Translations under genes and position numbers: made by a program
Notes under the pieces: model-generated
Told to the model about the DNA's origin: nothing
The model's database searches: none
Seen by the model: the letters and a program-made list of their open reading frames with translations, nothing else
Assembly: GCA_965223325.1 (NCBI GenBank)
Contig: CBDCWI010000002.1
Location: forward strand, 785,457 to 849,456
Direction: 5' to 3'
Origin: Candidatus Multivoradales bacterium
Lineage (GTDB): Bacteria; Acidobacteriota; Thermoanaerobaculia; Multivoradales; Multivoraceae
Length of the DNA: 64,000 nt
Shown here: piece by piece, positions 29,290 to 38,488 of the stretch
Layout: every line of letters begins with the position of its first letter
Position numbering within the stretch: position 1 is the stretch's first letter

Positions 29290-31146
29290 TCACCTCAGCT
29301 CCGACCGGTCGCCCACTGGCGGGTCGCAGATCCGACCCGCCAAAGGCCACAGCAGAACCAGTGCCACGACGGAGATCGCAACGCCCAGTCGTTCGGGCAA
29401 AAGTGCGCGATAACGCAACGTCACGCGCCGTGCGCCAGCCGGTACCTGGACGATGAGACGGCCTGTTCCACCGGTCACCGGAATCTTCTCTCCCCCATTG
29501 ACTTCGGCGATCCAACCGGGAAAGCCGAAGGCATCTTCGAGCTCCCCGCCCGTATCGTTCTCGAGGTCGAACACTCGTAAGTGCGAGGTTCGAACGGTGG
29601 GGAACACGGTGTGACCGTTCCAAGTCGACTGGTGGAGCGCCGAGCCGGAACCGAGCGCGCTGGCCATCTCAGGCTCCTGTGCTGCCGGTAGGTACTCTGG
29701 CACCCAGAGTTCGTGGGCACGCCGATCGATCTCAGGAGCGCCACCCTTGAGGGTCCATTCCGTCGGACCGAGAAGCGGCAGCGACACGATGGCGTTCAAG
29801 ATCAAGACGACCACCACCGAAAGCCAGCTCAAAAGCTCCAACTGGCGGCGGGGCTCGCGCGCAGCCGCCGCGCCCGCGCGCACAACGATGCCAACGAGCA
29901 GCGCTATCTGAATCGATTGGACCGCCCCCAGGCGCCATGGAAACTGGGTCCACGAGAGACCGGGGGTCCACCGCCAAACAGGCGCCGATAAAGCGGTCTG
30001 GAGAAAGAAGACCCAGGCAACCGAAAGCAACGCGATCGCCGGCGCCAACCACGGCGCCCGGCCCGCGGCTTGGTCGCGGACCGCCCCCTTCTGAGAGGCC
30101 TTCCGAACTGAGAACCGTACGATCCACCACGCGGCGACGAGCAGGAGCCCAGAAGCCAACTGCACGAGCGCGGCGCGTTCGACCGTCGGCTTGATGACCG
30201 CTTCGGTGAACCCTGCCGCCACCTCATCGAAAAACAAGAAGTTGCGCTCGAACACGCCGTGGGCCGACTGGCGTATGTAGTCGAGGTCGATCGACGGGCG
30301 CGTCGCCAGCATCGGAAGTAGAAAGACCGCGGCGACGGAACACGCCATGAGCGCTGCCGCCACCAACTGTGCGACCGTGACGATGGTTCGCTTTCTTTTT
30401 CGGGCAAGCAGAAGGCCCAGCGCACACCCCGCAACTGGCAGAAGAGCAACCACCAACAGGACCGCACTGATGATGTGGGTCAAGAGAAGCCCGGCCGCCG
30501 CCAGCACCAGGCCGACCCAGGTGCCGCGACCCCCTCGCACATAGACCAACCACAGAAACGCAGCGACCAGAACCAACCAGCCGTAGGCCCACACGGTGGG
30601 CAGAGCGAAGCGGCGATACAGGTCAATCATCGGAAACGGGCTCAGCCCGAGAGCAACGACACCTGCGGCCACCGCCAAGTTCGGTAGTCCGAGCCTTCGA
30701 CCGGCCAGCGCAAACGCCAGAAGCGCGAACAATACGGCCGTACTCGCACTGATCCGAATGGCAACTGTGGTGTCGACTCCCGCCAGGAGCTCGACGATCG
30801 CGCTGGTCGCTGCAGCCCAGGGTGGATAGACCTTAAAGACCGGCGCTCCGAGTCCGCCGTGCATGCTGCCGACCCAGCGCGGGTAGAGCCGCCCGCTACC
30901 CTCGGGGGCGGTGGGGTCGAAGCGCTGGCGAAATGACTCTGAGAAGTCGCGAATGACCACCGCGTGGAAGCCGGCATCGTGGCCTTCAGGTACTCCAATC
31001 CAGGAGCAGAGCGGGCCCGATTGGGTGGGCGGGCAGTCATCGACTCTCTCGGTCCACATCGGGAGAACCAGCACTGCGCCCACCGCGAGGGCTACCCCAA
31101 CGAGTACCAGCAGGGGCTTTCCGGTGAGTGACTCCAGTTCCGCCAT
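29290..31146 (-). CDS. Polytopic integral membrane protein with a C-terminal periplasmic domain (YfhO-like / GT-C-fold-like); function unknown.
   Basis: More than 10 hydrophobic helices; C-terminal soluble region (FGFPGWIAEVNGGEKIPVTGGTGRLIVQVPAG). Start at MAELESLTGK; the Arg-rich upstream extension is rejected. Confidence 0.45.
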   Translation of the reverse strand: MAELESLTGKPLLVLVGVALAVGAVLVLPMWTERVDDCPPTQSGPLCSWIGVPEGHDAGFHAVVIRDFSESFRQRFDPTAPEGSGRLYPRWVGSMHGGLGAPVFKVYPPWAAATSAIVELLAGVDTTVAIRISASTAVLFALLAFALAGRRLGLPNLAVAAGVVALGLSPFPMIDLYRRFALPTVWAYGWLVLVAAFLWLVYVRGGRGTWVGLVLAAAGLLLTHIISAVLLVVALLPVAGCALGLLLARKRKRTIVTVAQLVAAALMACSVAAVFLLPMLATRPSIDLDYIRQSAHGVFERNFLFFDEVAAGFTEAVIKPTVERAALVQLASGLLLVAAWWIVRFSVRKASQKGAVRDQAAGRAPWLAPAIALLSVAWVFFLQTALSAPVWRWTPGLSWTQFPWRLGAVQSIQIALLVGIVVRAGAAAAREPRRQLELLSWLSVVVVLILNAIVSLPLLGPTEWTLKGGAPEIDRRAHELWVPEYLPAAQEPEMASALGSGSALHQSTWNGHTVFPTVRTSHLRVFDLENDTGGELEDAFGFPGWIAEVNGGEKIPVTGGTGRLIVQVPAGARRVTLRYRALLPERLGVAISVVALVLLWPLAGRICDPPVGDRSELR

Positions 31147-31157
31147 CAAGAAGGGAC

Positions 31158-32096
31158 TCAGTCGAGGTAGCCGAGAGCTCGCAACTGCTCTTCGAGCTCG
31201 TCGGAGACTTCGATCGTGTCGATGGGTCGGTCGAGATGTGGATTCCAGTCTTCGAGCCGACGGGCATAGCGCTCTTTTTCTGCGCTGTGCTCGGTGGCGG
31301 GCGAGCCACCCTCCGCGGCCAAGAGGTCGTTGTGTTCGCCGGGGTCGTTTCTGAGATCGTAGAGCTCGAAGATCGGGCCTTCCCGGCCGGGGTACCGAAT
31401 GAGTTTCCATCCGGCGGATGAGCGCACCGAAAAGATGCGGTGCAGCGTCAAGAGCTCGTAGCCGCGGTCGCGGTAGCGACCTTCGTCCGCACGCGCGGCG
31501 CTCCAGACGAGCGCTTCGTTGTGCTCGTCATCGTCTTCGGGTGAAGACGCCTCTAAGGAAAACTCCGACCGATCCCGGCCAGAATGACTGGGATCGACCG
31601 GCAGACCGAGGAGCGCGCCGAGGGTCGGTGCGATATCGACTATCGAAATGTAGGTCGGTGAGCGCACCGCAGGAACACCGGGGCCGGCGAGAATCATCGG
31701 GATACGAATCTGCTCATCGAACAGCTGTGCCCCGTGATCGAGACGGTGAAAACGTTCACCGAGCGTCTCGCCATGGTCGGCGACCACCAGCACAAAGGTG
31801 TCTTCGAGGTCGACGACCGAAAGCACCCTGGCCAGCAGCTCGTCGAGGCGCAACAACAAGGCGTCGTAGCGAGAGATATAGGCGCCGAGCCGGGTGAGCG
31901 CAGAACCACTCTGGTCATAAAGAAGCTGGTAGGGCGGAATGCGCTCCAGTTCTTCGCCCGGCGGCGACGCCGGAAAGGCCAACAGCAAGTACTCGGTCGT
32001 GTTGTTGGTGCCCTCGGTTCTCCTGGCCGTGGCACTCGCCGCGACGGATCGCACGGCAACGGTTCGGCGAAGGCCCACGGGAAGCCTGATCGACAC
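31158..32096 (-). pseudogene. Sulfatase-like protein, C-terminal half only (N-terminal catalytic half missing); a paralogue of the 27520 and 41202 genes.
   Basis: It contains YLLLAFPASPPGE (FFLY..H.P-like), FVLVVADHGETLGE, and the C-terminal QLRALGYLD tail. It lacks the DTLR..D metal-binding N-terminus, and no N-terminal half exists in any frame upstream. Confidence 0.5.
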
Positions 32097-33150
32097 CGCA
32101 GTCGCTGCGATCGCCGCTCTCGGGCTTCTGCTGTTGACCTACGGCATCGCCAACCGCAATACGAGTGACGACGAACACCAGCGCGTTCTCGACCAGTACA
32201 TCGAGAACGAGGCGACACTCATCGTCCTCGATCGCCTCGCGGACCAACGCGCACTCCTCGAAGAGGTCTCGACATGGTCGCTCGGAGCGAGCCAGTACCT
32301 GACGGGCTTCCTGGGCATTCGGACGCAGAACGAGATCGGTGTCTACCCGTCCTACGCCTTCGGCACCGTTTCGTCGCGCGGTCGGTGGTGGTACTTCCCG
32401 GTTCTCGCCGCGGTGAAGCTGCCTCTGGTGATGCTCGTTTGCCTTGCTCTGTTCGCACGCGGGCAGTGGCGGGAATGGAAGCGGTGGCCAAGACCCGCAC
32501 GCGGCGTTTTGCTGTCGGCGTTTCTGATCTACGCCGTGGTGGCCGTTCTCTCGAACTACAACATCGGCTTCCGCCATCTCCTACCGATTCTGCCTCTGGC
32601 TCTGCTGCCAATAGCCGCTACCCTTGCCGGAGGCCTGCGGCGGCTCTTGATCGTGCTCGGTGCCCTGGCGCTCGAGAGCCTGATCGTTGCGCCGCTTTGG
32701 ATCTCAGCGACCAACACCTGGTGGCTGGGTGAGAACAACCCGAGCCGTTTTGTCTTCTCCGACGGCAATCTTGAGTACTCACAGAACTTCCTGACACTCG
32801 CCCGGGCGCTCGCGTCCGAACCCAGCGTTGGCATTCTGCTGCCAGGCAAAGACACCCGCACGCTGGCCGCGTACATTCCTGGCGCCTTCGCCGTGCCACC
32901 GGGCACCACCGGGCTCGAGCCCGGGCTCTATGCGGTCTCGGTTCTAGTCGAACAGTACGTACCGGCAGTCAGACGCTCTGATCCCGCTCACGTACACGGA
33001 CACGCGCCGCTTGTCGACTTGATGACCGCGCTCGAGCGAACCTGGAGGGAGATCGAGACCGGAGAAGACCTGGGCTACATAGCGGGCACCTTCCACCTCT
33101 ACCGGCTGCCTGCGCGACAGGCTCGAACGCCAGGGGAGCCACCCAGCTAG
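31939..33150 (+). pseudogene. GT-C-fold glycosyltransferase-like (GT39/ArnT/PMT-like) membrane protein, C-terminal fragment only.
   Basis: TM-rich region with a GRWWYFPVLAAVKLPL motif resembling PMT/ArnT family helices. No N-terminal catalytic loop region is present upstream in any frame. It abuts the truncated sulfatase head-to-head. Confidence 0.4.
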
Positions 33151-34070
33151 CGAAGCTTGACCCGCAGCAGTCCGCGCAGGTTGAACACGTCATCGCTCTC
33201 GAGGGGACCGCTCTTGCTACGCACGACGTCGAGCGGCGACCAGAAGGCTTCGAGCGAAACGTGCGCCCGTTCAGACGCCTTGGCGGTGACTCCGAGCGAG
33301 AGCGACCAGGTCGAACCGTCGGCGAGGAGCAGGGTGTTGTCCTGGACGCCAAACGTTCTGGCGTTGACCTGGAACTCGAGATCGAGTTCCTGGTAGGACG
33401 CGCCGTAGTGCAGCCAGAGCCGATCAGAGCGGACGAGGCGATGTGCGCCCACCAGCTCGAGGCCGTAGTAGTCGAACGATGTGGCGTCATCGGAGAGCGC
33501 CTCGCAGCCGAATACGTTGCCCGGTGCACCCACCGGGTTGGCGATATCGCCTTCGGTACAGGTCAGGCTGCCAGTGACCTCGCCCCTTTGACCGTGAAGC
33601 CGCCAACCGTAGCTGGACTGCTCGGTTTGCCAGAACGGGCGCGCGATGGCCAGCGACCAGAGATCGGGACGCGCTCCATCCACTTCCACCGGTGGCACCC
33701 AGCCGATGGTGAGAGCGATGTCGGCCGGTAGCCCCAGAGTCGCCCGCAGCCGACCGACGACCGGCGTGCGGTTGAGGTCTTCCTCCTTCTGGCCGTTGAA
33801 GCCAACCGTACGTTGGCGAGTGTCGAGATGCGGCACCTGGAGAACTTCGAAGCCAAGCTCAACCGAACCCGCCTCGGTCGCCGTGACCGGGCCAAGCGAC
33901 GTCAACGCCGTCACCGAGCTCAGGAAGCTGAGCGCCCAGGCCTCTGGGCGTTCGAAGTCCATCTGCTCGACCGCGTCGATGACGAGTCCGTTGTCCTGTG
34001 CGATGAGCGCCGGCGGCACCGACAGCAAAAGCAGGCAGAAGAGCGTGCCGACTGCTCCTAGGCGTCGCAC
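33147..34070 (-). CDS. Hypothetical secreted protein, probable outer-membrane beta-barrel.
   Basis: Signal peptide (LFCLLLLSVPPALIAQ). Alternating hydrophobic beta-strand pattern throughout. Its start overlaps the stop of the cupredoxin gene. Confidence 0.4.
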   Translation of the reverse strand: MRRLGAVGTLFCLLLLSVPPALIAQDNGLVIDAVEQMDFERPEAWALSFLSSVTALTSLGPVTATEAGSVELGFEVLQVPHLDTRQRTVGFNGQKEEDLNRTPVVGRLRATLGLPADIALTIGWVPPVEVDGARPDLWSLAIARPFWQTEQSSYGWRLHGQRGEVTGSLTCTEGDIANPVGAPGNVFGCEALSDDATSFDYYGLELVGAHRLVRSDRLWLHYGASYQELDLEFQVNARTFGVQDNTLLLADGSTWSLSLGVTAKASERAHVSLEAFWSPLDVVRSKSGPLESDDVFNLRGLLRVKLR

Positions 34071-35533
34071 GTTTCAAACGCCGGCAGCTCGAGGACCGCA
34101 TCGGCACGGTTGCCGAGCTCGTTGGTGAAGGTTCGCTGCTCGCCAGATACCGTGTCGGTGATCTCGAGCGTGAAACCGCGATCGGTGGTGGCCGCAAAGA
34201 GGACCCAGAAACCGCGCAAAGCGTCGTCGCGGTTGCAGGCGTCGAGGACCTTGACCAACATTTCGGCGTTGTTCTGCGAGAAGAAGTAGAACAGCGTCGA
34301 GTCACGCAGACCGATATCGAAGTTGCTGCCGGGAAAAACGTCGCTGCCGGTATCGACGGTCACCTCGACTGCAAAGCGCGCGTCGGGCCCCACACAGCCA
34401 ACGTTGATGCTCGCCTGGCACTCCTGGGCCACGCTGTCGTCGTCGGTAATGCGTACTGTCGACACGCTGTCGGGGCCGAGGATGACGCCGCCTTCGGGCG
34501 CGCTGAGAACGACCGTGAAGGTCTCGCTCGGCTCTGCCTCGTTGTCGTCGGTGATCGGAATCAGCACTTCCTTTGGCCCGATCTCGCCATCCGCCCAAGT
34601 CAAGACGCCGCTAGACGCTTCGAAGTCCGTTCCCGCTTCCGCTGATCCGGCGACCGACTGCCAGGTCACCGAGACCTCGCCGTCACTACCGCTCGAGCGT
34701 TCGATGTTGATCGGTGCACTGCCAACACTTTCGAGCACCGTCACCGTGGACAGACTGAAGTCAACGACCCCCGGGGTTTCTGCGCTCGAATCGTCGTCGT
34801 CGGTGATGGTGATCGTCGCCGCACTATCACCCAGGGTTGCGCCGCCGGTCGGTGACGAGAGCATCAGGTTGATGGTTTCATCGGACTCGATCGCAGAATC
34901 GTCGACGAGGGTGACCACAATGGCTTTGGTCACCACGTCGCCGTCGCCCCAGGCCAGTTGACCGGCAGCCGCCAGATAGTCGTCACTGGCGACGGCTGAG
35001 CCATCACTGGTCGCGAAGTCGACGGATACCGAGCCCGCACTGCCGCCGGTTCGCGCCACCTGCACGGTCGCCGTCCCGGAGCTTTCGACCGCCGCCACCG
35101 TCGTATCGACGATGCCGAGCGTTCCGGCACCGCTCCCGCCGTCGGAAGCTTCGACCGTGATCGTTCCCACCATGCCCAGCGACTCGTGAACGATGCACAC
35201 ATACTCGATCAGTCCGGGAGTCGTGAAAGTGCGGGTCACCTTCCAGGCGGCCGTCGACGGTGAACCGTCTCCGCCGTCGTCGTCGCAGCCATTGGCACAC
35301 CGAAACGAAGTTCCTTCTACGTTGTGGTTACCGCCCTTGTTCTCCCAGGTCACGCTGTCGCCGGCCTTGATCGTCAGGTTGGCCGGGAAGAATGTGTTGT
35401 TCGGAAGCACCTCGACATTGTGGTTGGTCTGAGCCGTAGCCGACCCGGCCGAGAAGACCGCAAACACCAGGAGACCCACGAGCGATGGGCGGGTCAAAGG
35501 CGAGGGACGCGCAGACAACAAAAGGGAAGACAT
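34058..35533 (-). CDS. Secreted multidomain protein with an N-terminal type-1 copper (cupredoxin / plastocyanin-like) domain, two Calx-beta domains, and a Cys-containing C-terminal domain of about 120 aa.
   Basis: Signal peptide. Type-1 Cu ligands are GNHNVEG (His) and YVCIVHESLGM (Cys-x2-His-x4-Met). Two Calx-beta-like repeats with DDS..ESDE / DDNEAEPSE motifs. The C-terminal domain has 4 Cys. Confidence 0.7.
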   Translation of the reverse strand: MSSLLLSARPSPLTRPSLVGLLVFAVFSAGSATAQTNHNVEVLPNNTFFPANLTIKAGDSVTWENKGGNHNVEGTSFRCANGCDDDGGDGSPSTAAWKVTRTFTTPGLIEYVCIVHESLGMVGTITVEASDGGSGAGTLGIVDTTVAAVESSGTATVQVARTGGSAGSVSVDFATSDGSAVASDDYLAAAGQLAWGDGDVVTKAIVVTLVDDSAIESDETINLMLSSPTGGATLGDSAATITITDDDDSSAETPGVVDFSLSTVTVLESVGSAPINIERSSGSDGEVSVTWQSVAGSAEAGTDFEASSGVLTWADGEIGPKEVLIPITDDNEAEPSETFTVVLSAPEGGVILGPDSVSTVRITDDDSVAQECQASINVGCVGPDARFAVEVTVDTGSDVFPGSNFDIGLRDSTLFYFFSQNNAEMLVKVLDACNRDDALRGFWVLFAATTDRGFTLEITDTVSGEQRTFTNELGNRADAVLELPAFETCDA

Positions 35534-35812
35534 AGGGAACTCCTCGGGGTGGTGGAGATGCAGCCGAGAGGCTCGAGTGTGCCGCTCTTCGAGCGCAACT
35601 TCGATCGTTGAAGCTTCGTCGGAATAGAGGCCGAACGGGATCTACCCGCTGATTCGACGGCCAACTCATCCCGGTTCATCTCCAACGAACTTTGGATCTG
35701 AGACTCGAACCGCCATGCTAGGCGATTGGTTTGATCGATGCGGCGGCATCGCGACTCGTACAATGCCGAAGTGGTAACAGCGGCCCACTGTTGGCGGTAG
35801 GCTCCCACTCCA

Positions 35813-36361
35813 ATGCGCAAAGTCCACCTCATCACCACCGGCGGAACGATCGAGAAGACCTACGACGAGTTGACGGGCGACCTGAGCAACCAGCATTCCC
35901 TGGTGCGTCGCATGCTCGGCGAGCTGCGGCTGGAGGGCACCGAAGTCTCGATCCTCGAGTTGATGAGTAAAGACAGCCTCGAGATGACCGACAAGGACCG
36001 CGAGAGCATCCTCAACGCAGCGTTGGCGGCCGGGGCGACCGACCCGGCGGGCTCGACCTCCAGCCAGTCAGAAAGCGAGCGCGCCGGCATCGTCATCCTG
36101 CACGGCACCGACACGTTGGAGGTCACCGGCGAGCTGCTCGCCCGGCGCTTGACGCCCACTGCCGTACCGGTGGTGCTCACCGGCGCCCTGCGACCGTTCG
36201 AAATGAAGCGCAGCGATGCGCTTCAAAACCTCACCGAGGCGATCTTCGCCACCGGAGTTCTCGACCCCGGTGTCTACTGCGTCGCTCACGGTCGCGCCCT
36301 CGCCTTCCCTGGCGTAACAAAGGATCGCGATCGCGGCACCTTCCGCCACGAAGCGCGCTAG
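35813..36361 (+). CDS. L-asparaginase/glutaminase N-terminal-domain protein (short, 182 aa).
   Basis: LITTGGTIEK threonine-nucleophile motif and HGTDTLE motif. It lacks the C-terminal domain of type I/II asparaginases. Confidence 0.6.
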   Translation: MRKVHLITTGGTIEKTYDELTGDLSNQHSLVRRMLGELRLEGTEVSILELMSKDSLEMTDKDRESILNAALAAGATDPAGSTSSQSESERAGIVILHGTDTLEVTGELLARRLTPTAVPVVLTGALRPFEMKRSDALQNLTEAIFATGVLDPGVYCVAHGRALAFPGVTKDRDRGTFRHEAR

Positions 36362-36364
36362 CTC

Positions 36365-36796
36365 CTACTCTTCGCTGATGGTGACCTTGGTGATGCCATC
36401 GCCCTGAGCGATCGCATCAACGACGTCCTGGCCCTCGAGCACCTGCCCGAAGACGCTGTGCTTGCCATCCAGCCAAGGGGTCGCACCGTGGGTAATGAAG
36501 AACTGGCTGCCGTTGGTGTTGGGTCCCGCGTTGGCCATCGAGAGAGTGCCCGGTCCCGAATGCTTGAGGTCGGGATGGAACTCGTCTTCGAAGGTATACC
36601 CCGGTCCACCAGTCCCGGTACCCTGAGGACAGCCCCCTTGAATCATGAAGTCTGCGATCACGCGATGAAACTTGAGCCCATCGTAGAAGCCGTCACCGAC
36701 CAACTTCTCGAAGTTGGCCACGGTCTTGGGTGTCTTGTCTGCAAAGAGCTCGAGCTTGATCGTGCCCTTGTCGGTGTCGAACGTTGCGATTTTCAA
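36365..36796 (-). CDS. ppiB: Peptidyl-prolyl cis-trans isomerase, cyclophilin type.
   Basis: Full cyclophilin signature ([15 protein letters not shown]; [17 protein letters not shown]). Confidence 0.9.
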   Translation of the reverse strand: MKIATFDTDKGTIKLELFADKTPKTVANFEKLVGDGFYDGLKFHRVIADFMIQGGCPQGTGTGGPGYTFEDEFHPDLKHSGPGTLSMANAGPNTNGSQFFITHGATPWLDGKHSVFGQVLEGQDVVDAIAQGDGITKVTISEE

Positions 36797-36867
36797 AATC
36801 GTCTCCTTTCGTCCGCGAAGCTAACAGACCTTGCCGGTCACCTCGGACCTCGAATCGTCGCCGAACG

Positions 36868-38265
36868 ATGAACCTCTGGGAACTGAACGCCCTCGCGTTA
36901 CGCCGGGTTCTCGCTAGGGGCGAGGTCTCGGCCGAGGAGTGCACGCGCGCCTTTCTCGAGCGCATCGGTTCGACCGATCGCGACATCAACGCAATTCCTA
37001 CGCTGGTTCCCGAGCGCGCCCTGCGACGAGCTGGCGAGCTCGACGCTCTACGAGTCGCCGGTCGAGCCCTGGGTCCACTTCACGGCATGCCGATTGCCGT
37101 CAAGGACATGGCGCAGGTCAAGGGGGTGCGCACCACCTTCGGCTCTCCCCTATTCGCCGACTTCGTTCCCGAGGAGAGTGACTTGTTCGTCGAGCGTCTC
37201 GAGACCGCTGGCGCGGTGATCGTCGGCAAGACCAACGTGCCCGAGTTCGGCGCCGGCTCGCAGACCTTCAACCCGGTGTTCGGCGCCACGCGCAACCCCT
37301 GGGACACCAGCCGCACCGTTGGCGGCTCGAGTGGCGGTGCAGCTGCCGCCACAGCGGCCCGGCTGCTCCCCTTCGCCGACGGCAGTGACTACGGCGGCTC
37401 GCTGCGCAACCCGGCGAGCTTTTGCAACGTCGTCGGCTTTCGCCCGTCACCGGGTCGCGTTCCACAGTTTCCCGTACAGGACGCCTGGGACGACCACCTG
37501 GTCATCGGACCGATCGCCAGAAACGTTCAGGACCTCGCGCTCCTGTTCTCCGTCATGGCAGGCCCGGACCCACGCGACCCTTGGTCACAGCCAGAAGCCG
37601 GAGAGACGTTCCGAGAGCTCACACCGCTTCCCACTCGCGGACTGCGCCTCGGTTTCACCCCCGACCTCGGTCGCTATCCGGTCGAGGAACCCGTGCGCAT
37701 CACCACCCGAGCGTCGCTTGCGACCTGGAGGGCGCTCGGCTGCACTGTCGAAGAGTCGTGCCCTGATCTCCAAGACGCCGACGACATCTTCCACACCCTT
37801 CGTGCCTGGACCTTCGCCGAGAAGTTCGGGCCCCAGCTCGAGGAGCAGCGAGCGCACTTGAAAGACACTGTGATCTGGAACACCGAAGAGGGTCTCGGCC
37901 TAAGGGCGTCCGACATCGGCCGAGCACGCCGCCTCAGAACCCGTCTGGTCGCGCGCGTGGCGCGCTGGTTCGAAGACTTCGACTTTCTGCTTCTACCGAC
38001 GGTCCAGGTGCTGCCCTTCGATGTCGAAGTCCCCTACCCAAGGCTCATCGAGGGTCAAGAGCAAGAGACCTACCTCGAGTGGATGGCAACCTGCTGGGCG
38101 ATCACCGTCACCCGGCTACCGGCGATCTCCATGCCCTGCGGTTTCTATGACGGTCTACCCGTCGGCCTGCAGATCGCCGGACCGCCGAAGAGCGACCACC
38201 GTCTGCTGCGCCTCGCCCTGGCCTTCGAAGAAGCCACCGCGTACGCCCTCGAGCGCCCACTCTGA
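36868..38265 (+). CDS. Amidase (amidase-signature family, GatA-like).
   Basis: GGSSGG motif, catalytic Lys region (PIAVKD), SxS...S region. Start at MNLWEL. Confidence 0.8.
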   Translation: MNLWELNALALRRVLARGEVSAEECTRAFLERIGSTDRDINAIPTLVPERALRRAGELDALRVAGRALGPLHGMPIAVKDMAQVKGVRTTFGSPLFADFVPEESDLFVERLETAGAVIVGKTNVPEFGAGSQTFNPVFGATRNPWDTSRTVGGSSGGAAAATAARLLPFADGSDYGGSLRNPASFCNVVGFRPSPGRVPQFPVQDAWDDHLVIGPIARNVQDLALLFSVMAGPDPRDPWSQPEAGETFRELTPLPTRGLRLGFTPDLGRYPVEEPVRITTRASLATWRALGCTVEESCPDLQDADDIFHTLRAWTFAEKFGPQLEEQRAHLKDTVIWNTEEGLGLRASDIGRARRLRTRLVARVARWFEDFDFLLLPTVQVLPFDVEVPYPRLIEGQEQETYLEWMATCWAITVTRLPAISMPCGFYDGLPVGLQIAGPPKSDHRLLRLALAFEEATAYALERPL

Positions 38266-38304
38266 CGCGTCGCACACCCGAGATTTCCCAGAACCACCCC
38301 AGTC

Positions 38305-38392
38305 GATTGCCCGGGAATCGCCCGGGAATCGCCCGGGAATTGCCCGGGAGTTGCCCGGGAGTTGCCCGGGAGTTGCCCGGGAGTTGCCCGGG
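38305..38392. repeat. Tandem array of 8 x 11-bp units (RRTYGCCCGGG), each carrying a palindromic CCCGGG core.
   Basis: Direct reading: gattgcccggg aatcgcccggg aatcgcccggg aattgcccggg, then agttgcccggg x4. A related unit occurs at 46.3 kb. Confidence 0.9.
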
Positions 38393-38424
38393 ACGTGTGG
38401 GGAGGCGGCGGTGTGGGTGCTGTT

Positions 38425-38488
38425 TCGTTTTACGATTTATACATGATATTCTATAATACTTGGAAACTTGCCCTCGGAGGCTGCCTGC
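38425..38488 (+). promoter_or_regulatory. AT-rich sigma70-like promoter island (TTTACG-17-TATAAT) and GGAGG RBS upstream of the S8 peptidase.
   Basis: ttttacgatttatacatgatattctataat is roughly 25-30% GC in a 68% GC context, with a perfect TATAAT. GGAGG lies 9 nt before the ATG at 38489. Confidence 0.4.
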
